Part shown: positions 1 through 8,914 of the stretch, piece after piece
Position numbering within the stretch: the first letter of the stretch is position 1
Layout: every line of letters starts with the position of its first letter
Origin: Desulfobulbus propionicus DSM 2032
GTDB lineage: Bacteria; Desulfobacterota; Desulfobulbia; Desulfobulbales; Desulfobulbaceae
DNA: 32,000 nucleotides
Reading direction: 5' to 3'
NCBI RefSeq assembly: GCF_000186885.1
Contig: NC_014972.1
Location: 2,130,001-2,162,000, forward strand
Position numbers and translations under genes: made by a program
Notes under the pieces: model-generated
The model's input: only the letters and a program-made list of their open reading frames with translations
What the model was told of the DNA's origin: nothing
Database searches by the model: none

Positions 1-1382
1 AGAAACACCAGGTTCTGGCCGCCTGCCGGGAAAAAGGCGGCGGCAAACAGAGCGTAGACCGGCAGCCGCGCCCCGCAGGACATGAAGGGATTCATCATCA
101 CGGTCAGGGTGCGGTCCCGTTCGTTTTCCAAGGTCCGGGTGGCCATGATGGCCGGCACGTTGCAGCCAAACCCGACCAGCATGGGGACAAAGGCCTTGCC
201 CGGCAACCCGATGAAGCGCATGAACCGGTCCATGACAAAGGCGGCCCGCGCCATGTAGCCCGAATCCTCGAGAAAGGAGAGGCAGAGGAACATGAAACCG
301 ATCGGCGGGATGAAGGTGGCCATGGTCTGAACCCCACCGCCGACGCCCGTGGCCAGGATGGCGATCAGCCACTCCGGCGCGTGCCAATGGGTCAGCAACT
401 CGGCAAAGCCGTCGACAAAGAGGGTTCCGGCCAGCTGATCGAAAAAGTCGATGAAAGCCCCGCCGAGATTGATGGTGAACATGAACATCAGGTACATGGC
501 GCCCAGGAAGATCGGAATGCCGAACACGCGACTGAGCACCACCCGGTCGATCCGATCGGACAGGGTGGCGGTGAGTTGGCCGCCTTTTCTGACCAGATCC
601 TGGACCAGCCAGGAAACAAAGCCGTAGCGGCCCGAAGCGATGACGATGTCGATTTCCTCATCCTCCTGCCGTTCTATGGCTCTTCGCGTCTCGGCGATCA
701 TTTCCGTGAGCACCGCCCCCAGGGTCAGGTGTTCGACCGGTTGCTCATCCCCTTCCAGCAGTTTCAATGCCAGCCAATGCGGATCGATCTTTCTGACCGC
801 GCACAGATCCTGAAGATTCGCGGCCAACCGTTCGCGGGCCTCCTGCACGGCAGCCGGATACACCACCTGGGCAGCCGGCTTGGTCCCATTGGCGACCGTT
901 TCGAAGATAGCCGCCTTGAGCTGGTCGATGCCCGCATCCTTCGAGGCGGTTAACGGCACCACCGGACAGCCGAGCCGCTGGGCCAAGCCCTGGATATCGA
1001 TTTCCAGCTTGCGCTCCGCCACCATGTCCATCATGTTGAGGGCAATCAGCATCGGTACCCGCATATCCAGCAACTGGCAGGTCAGGTATAGATTGCGCTC
1101 GATATTGGAGGCATCAACGATATTGACGATCAGATCGGCCTCGCGGGAGAGAATGAAATTGCGCGTGACCTTCTCATCCAAGGAGGAAGCGGCAAGCGAA
1201 TAGATGCCCGGGGTGTCGATGACCTCCACCCGGCAGTGCCCGTACCGGTAGGAACCGGATTTGCGATCCACGGTCACCCCTGGCCAGTTGCCGACCCGCT
1301 GCTTGGCGCCGGTCAGACAGTTGAACAAGGTTGTTTTACCGCAATTGGGATTACCCACTACACCGATGACCATCTCGTTCAT
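1..1382 (-). CDS. feoB: Ferrous iron transporter FeoB, 5' part only (C-terminus lies beyond the left window edge)
   Basis: Reverse-strand translation from ATG at 1382-1380 reads [41 protein letters not shown]... The G-domain motifs are present (P-loop [16 protein letters not shown]). It is followed by the membrane/gate part ...[27 protein letters not shown]... It has a 4-nt ATGA overlap with feoA. It is absent from the ORF track because it is open at the edge. Confidence 0.95.
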   Translation of the reverse strand, partial: MNEMVIGVVGNPNCGKTTLFNCLTGAKQRVGNWPGVTVDRKSGSYRYGHCRVEVIDTPGIYSLAASSLDEKVTRNFILSREADLIVNIVDASNIERNLYLTCQLLDMRVPMLIALNMMDMVAERKLEIDIQGLAQRLGCPVVPLTASKDAGIDQLKAAIFETVANGTKPAAQVVYPAAVQEARERLAANLQDLCAVRKIDPHWLALKLLEGDEQPVEHLTLGAVLTEMIAETRRAIERQEDEEIDIVIASGRYGFVSWLVQDLVRKGGQLTATLSDRIDRVVLSRVFGIPIFLGAMYLMFMFTINLGGAFIDFFDQLAGTLFVDGFAELLTHWHAPEWLIAILATGVGGGVQTMATFIPPIGFMFLCLSFLEDSGYMARAAFVMDRFMRFIGLPGKAFVPMLVGFGCNVPAIMATRTLENERDRTLTVMMNPFMSCGARLPVYALFAAAFFPAGGQNLVF

Positions 1383-1618
1383 GGCGTGGCCCTCCTCACC
1401 CGCAGCGACCTCGCCTCGTCCTTGCGCAGACTGAGATTGAAATCCCGCACTCTGATCTCCATCGGGTCGCCCATGGGCGCCACCCGGGCAACAACAAATT
1501 CGATTCCCTTGATCAACCCCATGGCCAGGAGCTTCTGCCGATACGCCTGCGCGCCCTTGACAAAGCCAAGCACGGTCCCTTTCTCCCCCACGGAAATATC
1601 CGCCAATGTCTGTTCCAT
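1379..1618 (-). CDS. feoA: FeoA family iron transport accessory protein (79 aa)
   Basis: Small SH3-like FeoA pattern ([12 protein letters not shown]...[31 protein letters not shown]). The stop overlaps the feoB start. Confidence 0.9.
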   Translation of the reverse strand: MEQTLADISVGEKGTVLGFVKGAQAYRQKLLAMGLIKGIEFVVARVAPMGDPMEIRVRDFNLSLRKDEARSLRVRRATP

Positions 1619-1621
1619 CTG

Positions 1622-1894
1622 TTAACACCTGATTACGTTGATTTTATGGGCCATGCCGCCGCCTAGGGCATATCGCGTCCCCGACTTTTCAATCAGCACG
1701 GCGCCGCCATTTTGTTTTTGCACCACCATCAATTCATCGTTCAACTGGATGCCCATGCTCAGCAAACGCTCGCGCATCAGTGTTCCGCTGCGAAAAAACA
1801 CGATTCTCACCTTTTCCCCCTCGCTGGCAATGGCCAAAGGAAACGACGGGATTGGCGCGCCTCCGGCGTTGGCCAACAAGCATCCATTTCGCAT
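1622..1894 (-). CDS. feoA: Second FeoA family protein (90 aa)
   Basis: FeoA-like core ([44 protein letters not shown]). A strong SD AAGGAGG lies 7 nt upstream of the ATG at 1894 (reverse strand). There are 3 nt between its stop and the next feoA start. Confidence 0.85.
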   Translation of the reverse strand: MRNGCLLANAGGAPIPSFPLAIASEGEKVRIVFFRSGTLMRERLLSMGIQLNDELMVVQKQNGGAVLIEKSGTRYALGGGMAHKINVIRC

Positions 1895-1978
1895 TGCTCA
1901 TCCTCCTTGACCGCTACCGCCCCCTCCGTCTCACAACGAACCCGCGTTCGAGCACGCGGGACGGACAGCAGTACGACT

Positions 1979-2027
1979 GTTCTTGAATATTTAGCCAAAA
2001 CTAATTTTGGCGAATATACTCAAGAAC
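1979..2027. promoter_or_regulatory. 49-bp imperfect inverted repeat, candidate operator upstream of feoA-feoA-feoB
   Basis: The element reads GTTCTTGAATATTTAGCCAAAA-ctaa-TTTTGGCGAATATACTCAAGAAC. Aligning the left arm to the reverse complement of the right arm gives 20 matches in 23 columns, with one 1-nt indel and two mismatches. The outer 8-mers and inner 7-mers are perfect. It lies 85-133 bp upstream of the feoA start at 1894. Confidence 0.5.
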
Positions 2028-2396
2028 AATATGGAGTCAATAATTTTTTAAGCCTAGTCTAATTTTTGCCACCTATACGGCAGCAGCGGCTGAATCATGG
2101 AACCGCTGATCAGTAGCATCGAGAGGCAAGAAAAACGCAGGAAAAGGGACAAGGAGAGGAGAGGAGCCGGATTTGGCGCGTGTATTCTGTTGAACTTTTT
2201 TTTCGGAACTGTATGTTCTTTGGACACATTCCCTGCCCCCTCCATCAAGGGATGGGCGGTAGCACTTGATCAATCATCAAAAAAATTGAACACAAGCTAA
2301 GGCAAAATAGATTTTTCTTTCATCAGGTTTTTTTGTAAACATACCAGTAGTTTTTAAGTATTTTTATAAAAAATAGCAAAAAATCTTCATTTTTAC

Positions 2397-2408
2397 TGAT
2401 AATTATCA
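2397..2408. promoter_or_regulatory. Perfect 12-bp palindrome TGATAATTATCA, Fur-box-like core
   Basis: It is self-complementary and contains the GATAAT and ATTATC hexamers of the classical Fur box. It is 3 bp shorter than the 7-1-7 TGATAATnATTATCA form. It sits in the AT-rich region between feoA and the Mo-oxidoreductase/nuo operon. Confidence 0.3.
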
Positions 2409-2512
2409 CAAAATCAACCTGTTTACCCCCTCAACGGAGGCTAAAGACAAGACTGTTACAGCAAAATGCAATAAACGGGCAGCCTCTTTCCTGTAAATGT
2501 GGGCAGCCGCGA

Positions 2513-2542
2513 TTGAACAAATATATAAATTTTTCTTATATA
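2513..2542 (+). promoter_or_regulatory. Candidate sigma-70 promoter for the Mo-oxidoreductase/nuo operon
   Basis: TTGAAC at 2513-2518, then TATATA at 2537-2542 after an 18-bp spacer (or TTATAT after 17 bp). It lies about 60 bp upstream of ATG 2601. The call rests on sequence pattern only, in an AT-rich background where such matches are easy to find. Confidence 0.25.
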
Positions 2543-2600
2543 AAAAGTGTCCGGCTAGCAATCCGGCCGGTATATTGACCAAATCGTACGGGGTACCCTT

Positions 2601-4685
2601 ATGAAAGAAACGAAATACAGCATTTGTGGTATGTGCGCCGTGCGCTGCCCCGTGGCTGTGCACCTGGAAAACGACAAACCTGTGTGGATCGAAGGCAACA
2701 GCCATGACGGCGGCATGGGACGTAGCCTGTGCGCCAAGGGCGGCGCCGCCTTTGCTCAGCGACTGGACCGGCAACGGCCCACGGCTCCCCTGTTGCGCCG
2801 TGGGCAACGGGGCGAGGGCGAGTGGCGGGAAGTTTCCTGGGACGAGGCCTTTGACTACATCACCACCCGGCTCAATGCCATCATTGCCGAACACGGCGGC
2901 CGTTCGATCATGTTCTCTGACCGCGGCGGTCCCTTCGCCGACCTGCGGCAGGCCTTTGTCAAGGCTCTGGGATCCCCCAATTACCACAACCACGACTGCA
3001 CCTGCGGCCGCAACGTCCATCATGCCTCCAAATCGGTCTATGGCCTGGGGCGCAAGGACTTTGCCTACGATTACGAAAACGCTCGGCATATCGTCCTTTT
3101 TGGCCGCAACATCACCGAGTCGCTCAAAGTCAAAGAAGTGAAGAGCTTTCTCAAGGGGATCAAAAACGGGGCACGGGTGACCTATATCGATCCGCGGGCC
3201 TCGGTTACCGCCGGCAAGGCCAGCCGTTACTGGCAGATCAAACCGGGTACCGACTACGCCCTGCTGTTGGGCATTGCCCACTGTCTCGTTGCCAACAATT
3301 ACTACGATCTCGACTTTGTTGACCGCTACGTCAACGGCATGGCCGAATTCAAGGCCTTTCTCGAGCCCTACACCCCCCAATGGGCCGCTGGCGAGACCGG
3401 CATCGCCGCCGAGGAAATCGAAACCTTCTGCCGCGAGCTCAACGAGGACCGGCCCAAGGTGATCATTCATCCGGGTTGGATGCTGGCCCGTTACCGCGAC
3501 TCCTTCCATGCCTCGCGGATGATTCATATCATCAACGCCCTCATGGGCAGCATCGAACAGCCCGGCGGCCTGTTCTACCCCAAAGGACCCAAGGATGCCG
3601 GCAAATCCGGGCTCAAAAGTCTGGCTGCCCTGGTACCGGCGGTGAACGAGGATCGCGCCGACGGCTGCGGCAGTCGCTACCCCCAATGGGACAAGGGGGC
3701 GGGCATGCTCCAGACCGCCTACGAAGCCATCGACACCGGTGTGCCCTACCCGGTCAAAGCCTACTTTATCCATCGCCACAATCCCTTCATCGCCCTGCCC
3801 GACACCAAGGAGCAGCGGCGGATTCTCGACAAACTCGACCTGATCGTGGCCGTGGATGTTAACTTCTCGGAAACCGCCTGGTTCGCCGATGTCATCCTCC
3901 CGGAGAGCACCTTTATTGAACGTGCCTCCATCCTGCGCACGGAAAAGGGACTCAAACCCGGTTTCGGCCGCCGGCAACAGTGCGTCAAGCCCTTGAACAA
4001 CACCAAGGCTGGCTGGGAAATCTATATTGAACTGGCCAAGCGGATGGGCAAGGGCGAATACTTCCCGTTCAATTCCATCGAGGATATCTGGCAGTACCAG
4101 TTGCAGGATACCGGCCTTAGTGTGACTGATTTCGACGCCAAGGGATTTGTTAAACTGAGCGACAAACCCCTCTGGCTTGACCGCGACAAACTCAAATTCG
4201 GCACCGATTCCGGCAAGATCGAACTGGTCAATGCCAAGTGGGAGGCCATGGGGATCGCTTCACTGCCGCCCTATGAACCACCCCTGGCGCCGCCCGAGGG
4301 CAGCTTCCGGTTGCTGTTTGGCCGCAACGGCTACCAGGCCCATGGCCAGCACCAGAACAATCCCATCCTTGCCGATCTGCTCGATGTTAACAAGTTGTGG
4401 ATCAACACCGCTGCCGCCAAGCGGCTGGGAATCAAGAACGGCGACCAGGTTCTGGTGAAGAACGGCGATGAAGAGGGTCGGATTGCCGCCTACGTCACCG
4501 ACCTGATCCATCCCGAGGCGGTGTTCATGCTCCATGGCTTTGGCACCGATGTGCCCGCCAAAAAACGATCCGTTGGCAAGGGGCTGGCCGACCAGCTGTA
4601 CATGCAAGGAAAACTCAAGGAATGGGACAAGGCCGGCGGCGGTCTCAACCTGGCGGAAAGTTTTGTTACCGTTACCCCGGTTTAA
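2601..4685 (+). CDS. Molybdopterin (bis-MGD) oxidoreductase catalytic subunit, Psr/Phs-like, with no Tat signal (cytoplasmic), 694 aa
   Basis: The N-terminal [4Fe-4S] motif is C9-x2-C12-x3-C16...C44 (SICGMCAVRCPV...SLCAKG). Candidate Mo-ligand cysteines are in HNHDCTCGRN (C133/C135). C-terminal family motifs are FRLLFGRNGYQAHGQHQNNP and FMLHGFG. The in-frame TAG at 2556-2558 excludes a longer N-terminus, so a twin-arginine leader is impossible. There is no in-frame TGA. Confidence 0.9.
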   Translation: MKETKYSICGMCAVRCPVAVHLENDKPVWIEGNSHDGGMGRSLCAKGGAAFAQRLDRQRPTAPLLRRGQRGEGEWREVSWDEAFDYITTRLNAIIAEHGGRSIMFSDRGGPFADLRQAFVKALGSPNYHNHDCTCGRNVHHASKSVYGLGRKDFAYDYENARHIVLFGRNITESLKVKEVKSFLKGIKNGARVTYIDPRASVTAGKASRYWQIKPGTDYALLLGIAHCLVANNYYDLDFVDRYVNGMAEFKAFLEPYTPQWAAGETGIAAEEIETFCRELNEDRPKVIIHPGWMLARYRDSFHASRMIHIINALMGSIEQPGGLFYPKGPKDAGKSGLKSLAALVPAVNEDRADGCGSRYPQWDKGAGMLQTAYEAIDTGVPYPVKAYFIHRHNPFIALPDTKEQRRILDKLDLIVAVDVNFSETAWFADVILPESTFIERASILRTEKGLKPGFGRRQQCVKPLNNTKAGWEIYIELAKRMGKGEYFPFNSIEDIWQYQLQDTGLSVTDFDAKGFVKLSDKPLWLDRDKLKFGTDSGKIELVNAKWEAMGIASLPPYEPPLAPPEGSFRLLFGRNGYQAHGQHQNNPILADLLDVNKLWINTAAAKRLGIKNGDQVLVKNGDEEGRIAAYVTDLIHPEAVFMLHGFGTDVPAKKRSVGKGLADQLYMQGKLKEWDKAGGGLNLAESFVTVTPV

Positions 4686-4701
4686 GCGCAGGAGAAACAC
4701 C

Positions 4702-5205
4702 ATGAGCAACTATATCGTCACCCAGAACGTGGCCGACTGCATCGGCTGCCGGGCCTGCGAGGTCCATTGCAAGGACAAGAACAACAGCGGTCCCGGCGCC
4801 TTCTATTGCAGGATGATCGAGGTGAGTTCGAGCGAGACCTCGCCGCCACGCATCGATTTTGTCTACCTGTCCTGCTTCCACTGCGAAAAACCGTGGTGTG
4901 TCGATGCCTGCCCCACCGGCGCCATGCGGCGGCGCGACAAGGATGGCATCGTCTATGTCGAAGAGAAGGCCTGTGTCGGCTGCAAGGCCTGCATCACCGC
5001 CTGCCCCTGGACCGTGCCCCAATGGAACCCGGAAACGGGCAAGGTGGGCAAGTGCGACCTGTGCATGGACCGCATCGATCAAGGACTGGAACCGGCCTGT
5101 GTCACCAAATGCACCACCGGCTGCCTGAGCTTCACCACCCCGTCGGCGGCCTCGCAGGCAGCCCGCCAAGCCTTCGCCGAACAGCTGATGCTCAACCGGC
5201 GCTGA
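4702..5205 (+). CDS. 4x[4Fe-4S] ferredoxin-type electron-transfer subunit (DmsB/PsrB/HycB-like), 167 aa
   Basis: Four cysteine groups are present: CIGCRACEVHC, CFHCEKPWCVDACP, CVGCKACITACP and CDLC...CVTKC. GGAG lies 7 nt upstream of ATG 4702, and the gene begins 16 nt after the upstream stop. There is no hydrophobic segment. The ORF-track start at 4534 overlaps the upstream gene and is rejected. Confidence 0.9.
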   Translation: MSNYIVTQNVADCIGCRACEVHCKDKNNSGPGAFYCRMIEVSSSETSPPRIDFVYLSCFHCEKPWCVDACPTGAMRRRDKDGIVYVEEKACVGCKACITACPWTVPQWNPETGKVGKCDLCMDRIDQGLEPACVTKCTTGCLSFTTPSAASQAARQAFAEQLMLNRR

Positions 5206-5218
5206 AAGGAGTGTAGCC

Positions 5219-5587
5219 ATGGACGCGATCCCTGGGGAATATCTCGGTATTCTGCTGCTGCTCATCTTCGGCATTCTCTTTGGCGTGCTGACCCTGTTTG
5301 TGGGTCGGTTTTTTCGCCTCAGCCGGCCCTACCGCGAAAAGCTGATTGCCTATGAATCGGGCAACGAGCCCACCGCGGCCCCGCGGATGCGCTTCTCGGT
5401 CAAGTTTTACCTGATCGCCATCCTCTTTGTGGTCTTCGATGTCGAGTGCATCTATCTTTATCCCTGGGCGGTCAGTTATGACCGCCTGGGCCTGTTCGCC
5501 CTGGTGGAGATGCTCCTGTTCATCGCGCTGCTCCTGGTCGGCTATGTCTACGCCTGGAAGAAGGGGGTCCTGCAATGGGAGAAATAA
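5219..5587 (+). CDS. nuoA: NADH-quinone oxidoreductase (complex I) subunit A
   Basis: 122 aa with three TM segments and typical NuoA/ND3 motifs ([19 protein letters not shown]). AAGGAG lies 7 nt upstream, and the gene begins 13 nt after the ferredoxin-subunit stop. Confidence 0.95.
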   Translation: MDAIPGEYLGILLLLIFGILFGVLTLFVGRFFRLSRPYREKLIAYESGNEPTAAPRMRFSVKFYLIAILFVVFDVECIYLYPWAVSYDRLGLFALVEMLLFIALLLVGYVYAWKKGVLQWEK

Positions 5588-6096
5588 GTGATCCAACCAT
5601 GGTCAAGCTGGAGGAGGGGGTGCGCTACATCCCCGGGGCCAATGCCATCCTGGGGCCGCTGAACAAGCTGGTCAACTGGGGCCGGGCCGGGTCCATCTGG
5701 CCGGTCACCTTTGGTTTGGCCTGCTGCGCCATCGAGATGATGGATGCCGGTGCCTCCACCAACGATCTCGACCGCTTCGGCATCCTCTTCCGCGCCAGCC
5801 CCCGTCAGGCGGATTGCATGGTGGTGGCCGGCACGCTGAGCAAGAAAATGGCGCCGGTGTTGCGGAGGGTCTACGATCAGATGCCCGAGCCCCGTTATGT
5901 GCTGGCCATGGGCAGCTGCGCCTGCAGCGGCGGGGTATTTGACACCTACGCCGTCACCCAGGGGGTGGATCAGATCATCCCGGTGGACGTCTATGTCCCC
6001 GGCTGCCCGCCCCGTCCCGAGGCCTTGCTGGAGGGCTTCCTCAAACTCCAGGAAAAAATTCTCAAGGAGCAGTTCCGATGGAGCCAGTGGCGATAA
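5575..6096 (+). CDS. nuoB: Complex I subunit B (N2 cluster carrier)
   Basis: Motifs [22 protein letters not shown] and PGCPPRP are present. The start is ambiguous between ATG 5575 (13-nt overlap with nuoA, G-rich SD upstream) and ATG 5599. Confidence 0.93.
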   Translation: MGEISDPTMVKLEEGVRYIPGANAILGPLNKLVNWGRAGSIWPVTFGLACCAIEMMDAGASTNDLDRFGILFRASPRQADCMVVAGTLSKKMAPVLRRVYDQMPEPRYVLAMGSCACSGGVFDTYAVTQGVDQIIPVDVYVPGCPPRPEALLEGFLKLQEKILKEQFRWSQWR

Positions 6097-6662
6097 TCGA
6101 TCGGCTGCGCGCCGAGTTTCCCGACGAGGTTGTGCAGGGCTACGTCAACCAGGGCCAGGGCGCGGTGGTGATCCGTTCCGGCCGCATCGTCGAGATGCTG
6201 CGCTGGCTGCGCGATAGCGACGACCTGCGGATGAACCACCTGCGCTCGCTGTGCGGGGTGGATAACCTACGGCGCAAGGGGCCGGGGTTGTCACGTTTTG
6301 AGGTGGTGTACAATCTCTATTCCATCCCCCTGCGCCACGAGATCCGATTGCGGGCCGAGGTGGGCGACAAGGACCCGGCCATTGATTCGGTGGTCGAACT
6401 GTGGCCGGGCGCCGACTGGCTGGAGCGTGAAACCTTTGACCTGATGGGTATCCGTTTCACCAATCACCCCAACCTGCACCGGGTGCTGCTGCCCGAGGAT
6501 TGGGTCGGCCATCCGCTGCGCAAGGATTATCCCCTCAAGGGCAAGGAAGAGTGGGCCGGAATGACCGAGCTGCTCGACAAGATCAAGGAATTGGATCAGC
6601 ACGGCTTTGATCCCGAAGGACACGCCCACGGACAGAGCGCACCCGAGCAGGAGGATGACTGA
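6078..6662 (+). CDS. nuoC: Complex I subunit C (30-kDa subunit), not fused to NuoD
   Basis: Motif [41 protein letters not shown] is present. It overlaps the nuoB end and the nuoD start. Confidence 0.93.
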   Translation: MEPVAIIDRLRAEFPDEVVQGYVNQGQGAVVIRSGRIVEMLRWLRDSDDLRMNHLRSLCGVDNLRRKGPGLSRFEVVYNLYSIPLRHEIRLRAEVGDKDPAIDSVVELWPGADWLERETFDLMGIRFTNHPNLHRVLLPEDWVGHPLRKDYPLKGKEEWAGMTELLDKIKELDQHGFDPEGHAHGQSAPEQEDD

Positions 6663-7888
6663 TGACCCGGCCGATCAAACAACATCTGGAAATTCCGGTG
6701 GCCGACGGCGCGGGCGAACGCTATTCCCTGCGCATGGGGCCGCAGCATCCGGCCACCCACGGCGTGCTCCGGGTCGATCTCGAATTGGATGGCGAAACCA
6801 TCATCGAGTGCATTCCCCAGGTGGGCTATCTGCATCGGGGTTTTGAAAAACTGGCGGAAAACAAAACCTATGCCCAGGCCCTGATCCTCACCGACCGGCT
6901 CGACTACATCGCGGCCATGGCCAACAATGTCGGCTACTGCGTGGCGGTGGAGCGGCTGCTGGGCATCTCGGTGCCGCTGCGCGCCCAATATATCCGCACC
7001 ATAGTCGGCGAGATGTCGCGTCTGTGCTCGCACCTGCTGTGGCTGGCCACCCATGCCCTGGATATCGGAGCCATGACCGTATTTCTCTACTGTTTTCGCG
7101 AGCGCGAGATTCTGCTCGACCTGTTCGAGGAGCTGTGCGGGGCCCGGCTGACCTTTTCCTATCCCCGTATCGGCGGCGTGCGCCAGGATGTGACCTCGTA
7201 TTTCGTCGATGAACTGCAACGGTTTCTCGACATGTTTCCCTCCAAGATCGAGGAATACGAGACCCTGATCGACACCAACCGCATCTGGCTCAAACGCACG
7301 GTCGGCGTTGGCACGCTCACCGGCGAGGAGGCCCTGGCACTTGGCCTGACCGGCGCCTGCCTGCGCGGCTCGGGTGTGGATTACGACATCCGCAAGCATC
7401 AGCCCTACGACGCCTACCCTTTAGTCGATTTCGAGGTGCCACTCGGCAGCGACGGCGACATCTACGCCCGGTATCGTTGCCGCATGGAAGAGATGCACCA
7501 GTCGGTGCGCATCATCCAGCAGTGCATCGATCAACTGCCGCCCGGTCCGATCATCGGCCCGGACGCCCCGGACCTGGTGATGCCCAACAAGGTGCCGGCC
7601 CGCATCGAGGCCGGGACCAACGAGTACGGCACCGGCCTGATCAAGCTGATCCGTGATCGCAATCTGTATATTTCCGGCGATGTCTATGTGGCCACCGAAG
7701 TGCCCAAGGGCGAGTTGGGTTTTTATTTCATCTCCGACGGCAACAACCGCCCCTACCGGATGCACATCCGCTCACCCTCCTTCATTCACATCGGGGCGCT
7801 GGCGGCCATTGCCAAAGGTGAACTGATCGCCGACCTGATCGCCAACATCGGCAGCCTGGACGTGGTCCTGGGTGAATCCGACCGGTAA
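6662..7888 (+). CDS. nuoD: Complex I subunit D (49-kDa subunit)
   Basis: 408 aa with motifs MGPQHPATHGVLR, GYLHRGFEKL and RSPSFIHI. The start overlaps the nuoC stop (TGATG). Confidence 0.95.
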   Translation: MTRPIKQHLEIPVADGAGERYSLRMGPQHPATHGVLRVDLELDGETIIECIPQVGYLHRGFEKLAENKTYAQALILTDRLDYIAAMANNVGYCVAVERLLGISVPLRAQYIRTIVGEMSRLCSHLLWLATHALDIGAMTVFLYCFREREILLDLFEELCGARLTFSYPRIGGVRQDVTSYFVDELQRFLDMFPSKIEEYETLIDTNRIWLKRTVGVGTLTGEEALALGLTGACLRGSGVDYDIRKHQPYDAYPLVDFEVPLGSDGDIYARYRCRMEEMHQSVRIIQQCIDQLPPGPIIGPDAPDLVMPNKVPARIEAGTNEYGTGLIKLIRDRNLYISGDVYVATEVPKGELGFYFISDGNNRPYRMHIRSPSFIHIGALAAIAKGELIADLIANIGSLDVVLGESDR

Positions 7889-7921
7889 ATCGGCCGTGTC
7901 TGTCTGATCAACGAGGAACCT

Positions 7922-8890
7922 ATGAATATTCTGCTCACCCTGGTGTGGCTCCTGATCCTCTTCGCCGTGGTCATGCTCCATGTGGCCTATGCGACCTATT
8001 TCGAGCGCAAGATCATCGGCCACATGCAGGTCCGTCTCGGGCCGATGCGGGTCGGCTGGCACGGTCTGCTCCAGCCCATTGCCGACGGCATCAAAAGTTT
8101 CTTCAAGGAAGATATCATCCCGGAGAACGCCGACAAGCCGACCTTCCTCGCCGCGCCGATCATTTGTCTGGTGGCGATGATGACCTCCCTGGCGGTGCTG
8201 CCCTTTGCCAAGGGCTGGGTGCTGGCGGATATCGACATCGGGCTGCTGTTCATCTTTGCCATGAGTTCCCTGGCCAGTTACGGCGTGGTCCTGGCAGGCT
8301 GGGCCTCGAACTCCAAGTACAGCTTTCTCGGCGGCCTGCGCTCCATGGCCCAGGTGATCAGCTACGAGATCAGCATGGGCCTCAGTCTGGTAGGGGTGAT
8401 GCTCATGGCCGGCTCGCTTAACCTGAGCGAGATTGTCGAGGCCCAGGGCGATTCATTCCTGGGCATGTACCTCATGCCCCAGTGCATCGGTTTCTTCGTC
8501 TTTTTCATCAGCATGCTGGCCGAGACCAATCGGGTCCCCTTTGATCTGCCCGAGGCGGAAACCGAGCTGGTGTCCGGCTACTGCACCGAATACAGCGGCA
8601 TGCGCTACGCCATCTTCTTCATGGCCGAATACATCGGCATGATGGTCATGGCCTCCATCGCCACCATCTGTTTTCTCGGCGGCTGGAACGGTCCCTTTGC
8701 CGTGCCGTTCTTCCCGCCGCTGTGGTTCGTGCTCAAGGTCTACCTGTTCATGTTTCTCTTCATATGGATTCGGGCCACCCTGCCACGCTACCGCTACGAT
8801 CAGCTGATGGATCTCGGCTGGAAATTGCTCATCCCGCTGGCGCTGGTCAATATCGTCCTCACCGCCTGCCTGAAGGCGCTCATCAGTTAG
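7922..8890 (+). CDS. nuoH: Complex I subunit H
   Basis: 322 aa polytopic protein with motifs ERKIIGHMQVRLGPMRVGWHGLLQPIADGIK and LAETNRVPFDLPEAETELVSGY. It starts only 33 nt after the nuoD stop, so there are no nuoEFG genes in between. Confidence 0.95.
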   Translation: MNILLTLVWLLILFAVVMLHVAYATYFERKIIGHMQVRLGPMRVGWHGLLQPIADGIKSFFKEDIIPENADKPTFLAAPIICLVAMMTSLAVLPFAKGWVLADIDIGLLFIFAMSSLASYGVVLAGWASNSKYSFLGGLRSMAQVISYEISMGLSLVGVMLMAGSLNLSEIVEAQGDSFLGMYLMPQCIGFFVFFISMLAETNRVPFDLPEAETELVSGYCTEYSGMRYAIFFMAEYIGMMVMASIATICFLGGWNGPFAVPFFPPLWFVLKVYLFMFLFIWIRATLPRYRYDQLMDLGWKLLIPLALVNIVLTACLKALIS

Positions 8891-8914
8891 AGGAGGGGAG
8901 GGAAACTCCAAACC

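Noticed and set aside
2221-2236. Sigma-54-like sequence TGGACACATTCCCTGC
   Set aside because: The GG-to-GC spacing is one nucleotide too long relative to TGGCAC-N5-TTGC. Sigma-54 spacing is strict.
2097-2300. 67-aa ORF (and the overlapping minus-strand ORFs of 64 and 66 aa) inside the AT-rich intergenic region
   Set aside because: There is no SD at a proper distance. The sequence is dominated by the polypurine tract (the KRRKRDKERR run), and nothing supports conservation.
2410-2600. Possible Moco riboswitch or other leader RNA upstream of the molybdoenzyme gene
   Set aside because: There is only a weak long-range pairing (GAGGCT 2436-2441 with AGCCTC 2481-2486) and a direct repeat GGGCAGCC (2477-2484 and 2501-2508). 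I cannot match the Moco motif from memory, and the candidate promoter lies downstream of most of this stretch. RF01055 cmsearch would be needed.
2406-3977. 523-aa ORF antisense to the molybdopterin oxidoreductase
   Set aside because: It is the mirror of a GC3-rich coding strand. The product is low-complexity and G/A/V/D-rich with no motifs and no SD. It is fully embedded opposite a gene with unmistakable family motifs.
2601-4685. Possible selenocysteine (in-frame TGA) in the molybdoenzyme, as in FdhH-type enzymes
   Set aside because: The reading frame is uninterrupted from 2601 to 4685, and cysteines (C133/C135) occupy the candidate ligand region.
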